The translations under genes and the position numbers were made by a program. From positions 56,139 to 120,138 of the forward strand of contig CAVSBO010000010.1 of assembly GCA_963726195.1 (NCBI GenBank): DNA of 64,000 nt, written 5' to 3'. Source of the stretch: Candidatus Thorarchaeota archaeon. GTDB taxonomy: Archaea; Asgardarchaeota; Thorarchaeia; Thorarchaeales; Thorarchaeaceae. The notes under the pieces were generated by a model, which was not told where the DNA came from, searched no databases, and saw nothing but the letters and a program-made list of their open reading frames with translations. Numbering within the stretch: the stretch's first letter is position 1; each line of letters begins with the position of its first letter. Below are positions 59,931-64,000 of this stretch, piece after piece.

Positions 59931-61930
59931 TCAGCCGAGTGCGTCCGCCGTCTCGACGCTCTCGACGAAGGCCTCGACCAGCACCGGGTCGAACTGCAAG
60001 CCGGCCTCCCGGCGCAGCTCGGCGAAGGCTTGGCCCTGTGTCATCGCCGCCCGATACGGTCGCTCGGCGATCATCGCCTGGTAGGCGTCGCAAATGGCGA
60101 TCACGCGAGCCGCGAGTGGTGTCTCCTCACCCTTCAACCCGTCTGGGTACCCGCTGCCGTCCCAGCGCTCGTGGTGGTGCAGGACCACCGGCATCAGGTA
60201 GCTGAGCTTCATCGCGCTCTCGATCAGCCGCTTGCCCACCATGGGATGCTCGCGGATCATGACCTTGTCGTCCTGACCCAGCCGGCCCTTGCGATTGAGT
60301 ACATCGAGCGGGATCGCCAGCTTGCCGACATCGTAGATGCGCGCCGCGGCACGGACCATCTCGCCCTGATGCTCGTCGAGCGGCAGCGACCCGATGACCT
60401 GCTCCACCGTCTTCACCACGCTGGCGGAGTGGCGCTTGTCGAACGCGTCGCGGGCGTCGACCGCGGACGCCAGGGCCTCGAGCGTCTTGATGTCGGCGCT
60501 CTCGAGCCGAAACGCCAGACCCTCGAGCGCGCGCATGTCGAGGTCGAGAGGGCTGATGTCCGAGAAGTAGGCGACCATGTCACGGCCGGCGTGCTTGGCG
60601 AACAGAAGCGCCGCATCGGCGGCGGCGATCAAGCTTTCGCGGTCCGTGCCGCAAGCCGGGAAGTCCGCAATACCGATGCTGATGGTCAGCACAGGCGGAT
60701 CGGCTACTTCGAGCCCAACGCCGCGCACCCCGGCGCGGATGCGCTCAGCCACCGCGCTGGCCTTTGCGCCGGTGGTCTCGGGCAGGATCATCACGAATTC
60801 CTCGCCGCCGTAGCGGGCGACGAAGTTGGAGGAACGCGCCACGGAGTTGAGCACCTCCGCGACCTCACGTAGCGCCTCGTCGCCGCGCAGGTGCCCGAGG
60901 CGATCGTTGACGCCCTTGAAAAAGTCCAGGTCCATCATCAGCACCGAGAACACGTTCTCGTAGCGCTTGGCGCGCTCGGTCTCGACGGCGAGGACCTCCT
61001 GGAAGTGCCGGTGGTTGTACAGGCCGGTGAGACCGTCGGTGATGGCCAGACGCTGGAGCGACTCCCAGTGGCGCGCGTTCTCCAGCGCCACCGCCGTCAC
61101 GTTGGCGAAGATCTCGAGCATCTGTAGGGTCTCCGGGGTGGGCAGCAGTCCGTCCTCGGGGTTGTACAGGTCGAACAGGCCGATGATCTGCTCGTCGTGG
61201 TCGCGCAGCGGCGCGAACAAGGCGTCATCGGGGTGGAAGCATCCCGGGCCGCCGTACTCGAAGTCGGTAGGACGGGAAGTACTCGTCCTCTTCTTCCGTC
61301 CACTGGTGGCGCGTGTGCTCGACGAAATAGCAGTTGCCGACGCGGAGTTCCTCGCGCAGGAGACCCTCGACCACGTGCTTGGGGATGCGTTGGTGGCGAT
61401 CGTGGCGTCGCGCGATTCCTCCCCGCCGAGGCACCACCGGGCGGAACACGTCACTGTTGGCGTTGAGCAGGTAGATCGCGTTCTCGCGGAACTTGAGCGT
61501 CTCGTAGACCCCCTCCTCCGCCCCTCCCGACCTGGCGGCGACGCCGTGCACGGTGCGCAACTCGTTGCTCAGGCGAAGGATCGCCTCGAGCCGGCGTGAG
61601 CGCCGGCCGTGCGTCTCCGCCGCGCGGTGCAGGTCGCCGACGATCCGGCGTTCGCGGCCGTAGAGGAAGTAGCAGCCGGCGAGCAGCGAGACGACCAGAG
61701 GCGGAGGCGATCAGCGTCTGCGCCCAGAGCAGGAGCAGTGGGCGCCTGGCCCGGCGTTGATGAAGAGACCGACGGCGATCAGCGCGGCCAGCAGCGCCGT
61801 CGCGCAGACGAGAAGTACCTACGAGCGGCCGCGAGCCTGCGCCTCGCGCTCCGTCCAGGGCCACGACGCGGATGGAAAGGAAGAACGCCGCGTAGGTGCC
61901 GATGAGGTTCAGATAGCCGACGATCTCCAT
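59931..61930 (-). CDS. Membrane-anchored GAF/GGDEF/HD-GYP signalling protein (frameshifted 5' half)
   Basis: TDGLTGLYN, DLDFFKGVND..GH..GD, RYGGEEF, HHERWDGSGYP. Hydrophobic N-terminus. Confidence 0.85.
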
Positions 61931-62045
61931 GGGTCCGGCTCCCCCTCCGAAGTGGCGGCCTGGGCTCACCCCCTGTCGTGAACGTCTATCGGCACACTTC
62001 GACGCGCGCGCGAGCGGCCCTGTGTGGCCGGCGCGGCCGCTCCCT

Positions 62046-63381
62046 CTAGAGCCCAAGCAGTGCCCGGATGTTCGCCTTCGCCTCCTGCGGGCTCGGGTCG
62101 TGCGGATACGTGGTCTCCAGCTTCAACACCCGCCCCAGGCGCAGCTCACCGCGCAGCTCGTGCATGGCGACGTTGTCGGAGAGGTCCGCGGGGCTCACGC
62201 CCAGCCGCTGTGCGACGTGTCCTTCGCCTGCTTGAGCTTCATGCCTCGGGTCATCTGCAGCGGACCACCAGGTCTCCAGCGTCCGCAACCCACCCATGCC
62301 CGAGGCGACCGCGTGCGCGACCGCCATGCCGAAGCTATCGCCGGTGCCCACCTACAAGCCGTCCAGGCGCAGGACGTCGACGCAGGCGCGCGAGCAGCGG
62401 GCGACGGCGTCGAGCGGCGTGTATGAGGCCATGGGCACGCCGCCGACGCCCATGCCCACGTTCATGTGCACCGGTATCTCGGCCACGGCCATGCACGGCT
62501 TGACGAAGGTGAGCGCGCGGGCCATGTTCCAGGCCGTCGACTTGCCGGAGTTGACGTTCACGGCCGGGCCATAGACGGTGGCGCCGGCCTTCTGCACGAC
62601 TTGCACCTGGCCCTCCGGTTTGAGGCCGCGAGGCGCACGCCGTCGTACTCGAGCTGGCCGTGGGTGCCCAGCACGATCTCGCCCGCCATGCCGACCTCGA
62701 TGCCCAGGTCCGGGTGCGGGCGCGTAGCGTCTCCACAGCGATCAGCGCCGCCAGGAAGTCGGCGTCGCCGGCGGCGCCGCAGGTGTCGAAGTCGATGCCG
62801 TCGCGCCCGCCTCCCACATGCCCTCGGCGACGTAGACCATGTCGGCCACGGCCATCTCGACGGCCTCCTCTTGCGCCGCCCGCGCCTCGTCGATGCGCAT
62901 CGCCGGCAGCAGCTCGGACCAGTTGCCCACGGACCGTCCGGCCGCGAGTAGCGGCCCAGGTCCGGCTGGGCCCCGTAGTGCACCGGGATGGTCACCCGCT
63001 CCTGCGCCTCCTTCATCTGCTGCTGCTCGTAGGGGAGCACCGTCTTGACGGCGCGGTAGGAGTAGTCGACGTGGTAGAGCTCGCAGCTGTCGGCGCCGTA
63101 GAGCTGCTCGGCCTGGTAGAGCGCAGCCACGCGGCCGCCCTGCTGCGGCACGCCGGTGCCGTCGTAGGTGAGCACGACCTCGTCACCGATGTCGACGCTC
63201 GAGAAGCGCGCCGGCGGCGAAGATCTCCTGAAGATGGTCGAGCTCATCCTACGCCGAGCTCGGGGGCGCGCGCCCTGGCGGCGGCGGCGCGCGTGCCCTC
63301 TTCGATGCTCCCTTCAGCCCCACTGCGCGTCAGCTCGACGGCGGAGCCGTCCCCCTGACGCGTGACGATGCGTGGTTCCAT
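62046..63381 (-). CDS. mtbB: Dimethylamine:corrinoid methyltransferase with in-frame amber (Pyl) codon at 62352-62354; several frameshifts
   Basis: TRQGDG N-terminus, DYSY, YGAQPDLG, EVGMAGE.VLG.HG.L.YDG, GPAVN...KS.AWN, H.NVGMGVGGVP, DGL-TAG-VGTGD. Confidence 0.88.
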
Positions 63382-63540
63382 GCACTCCTCCCCGGCGGCA
63401 CCGGCAGCGCGTCGCCCCGGTGTCCCCGCATCCGCTTCGCTGCGCATGCTGCTATGGGGCACAGCAAGGTGAGACAACGGCGGATACTTGGGCAAACGTC
63501 GCAGTCGCTTCGCCTGCAAAGTCCGTGGCCGGCGGCTGTC

Positions 63541-63605
63541 TTGACACCCCCGCGACCCGCTCGGTACAGTCCGGGACAGTGCTGTTAGTTATATGAGTAA
63601 CTAAC
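63541..63605 (+). promoter_or_regulatory. Sigma70-type promoter followed by an AT-rich palindromic operator
   Basis: TTGACA-N18-TACAGT, then GTTAGTTA-N6-TAACTAAC (63584-63605). Confidence 0.65.
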
Positions 63606-63642
63606 GCGACCGTCCTGCGGCCGCGGACGACCGGAGGGCCCG

Positions 63643-64000
63643 ATGGCACAACGTATCCCAACACGCCTCGGCGACGGCTCGCTCGTCGAGATGACCCGGG
63701 CCGAGGTCGAGGCCGACCTGCACGCCGGCTCGGAGGCCGCGGTGAAGCGGGCAAAGGTCGAGCCCCTGGCGCAGGACCAGCTCGATCACCTGCTCGACCA
63801 CCTCCGCGGCGAAGTTCACCTCGGTGGACTACGGCGATGAGGTGATCCTCGGTTTCGACGGCTCGGGCAACGCCGACCTCGCGGCGCCGGTGCGACGGAC
63901 CGTGTACCAGAACCATCACGGCGCCGAACATCAATCGAGCTGTGGCACCACGACTACTCGTACAAGGCCGTGCGCACCGTCCTCTCGTTCCAGACGCAGC
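63643..64000 (+). CDS. mtbB: Second mtbB-like methyltransferase (5' part, frameshifted, runs off the window end)
   Basis: MAQRIPTRLGDGSLVEMT..EV..DL..G...A..RAKV..L, GDEVIL and HHDYSYKAV. Paralogous to the divergent gene. Confidence 0.8.

Noticed and set aside
1-64000. CRISPR array or rRNA genes
   Set aside because: No regularly spaced direct repeats and no rRNA-like sequence were seen.

Overview
The window has two parts. (1) Bases 1 to ~58,660 are a mid-GC archaeal chromosome segment. It is most likely Asgard (Thorarchaeia-like; inferred from PolD DP1, Rpo8, GINS23 and roadblock plus small-GTPase genes). It is dense in informational genes: priS, PCNA, two cdc6/orc1, DP1, intein-containing mcm, GINS, rfcS/L, hel308, nurA-herA, KEOPS kae1/bud32/pcc1, csl4, rpoL, tfs, rpo8, a TFB paralogue, eS1, uS15 and four tRNAs (three with introns). 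It also carries two IS607-derived tnpB elements with internally deleted tnpA, a 229-bp protein-free IS200/IS605 mini-element that looks like a stand-alone omegaRNA cassette, and an operon of tandem roadblock, DENN-like protein and MglA-type GTPase. (2) From ~58,660 to the end the sequence switches abruptly to very GC-rich bacterial DNA, probably an assembly chimera. It encodes a C-N hydrolase, an MBL-fold hydrolase, a GGDEF/HD-GYP protein and two divergent dimethylamine methyltransferase (mtbB-like) genes; the complete one has an in-frame TAG at the pyrrolysine position. Many conserved genes carry single-base frameshifts, most likely long-read indel errors. All calls come from reading motifs by eye; no database searches were run.
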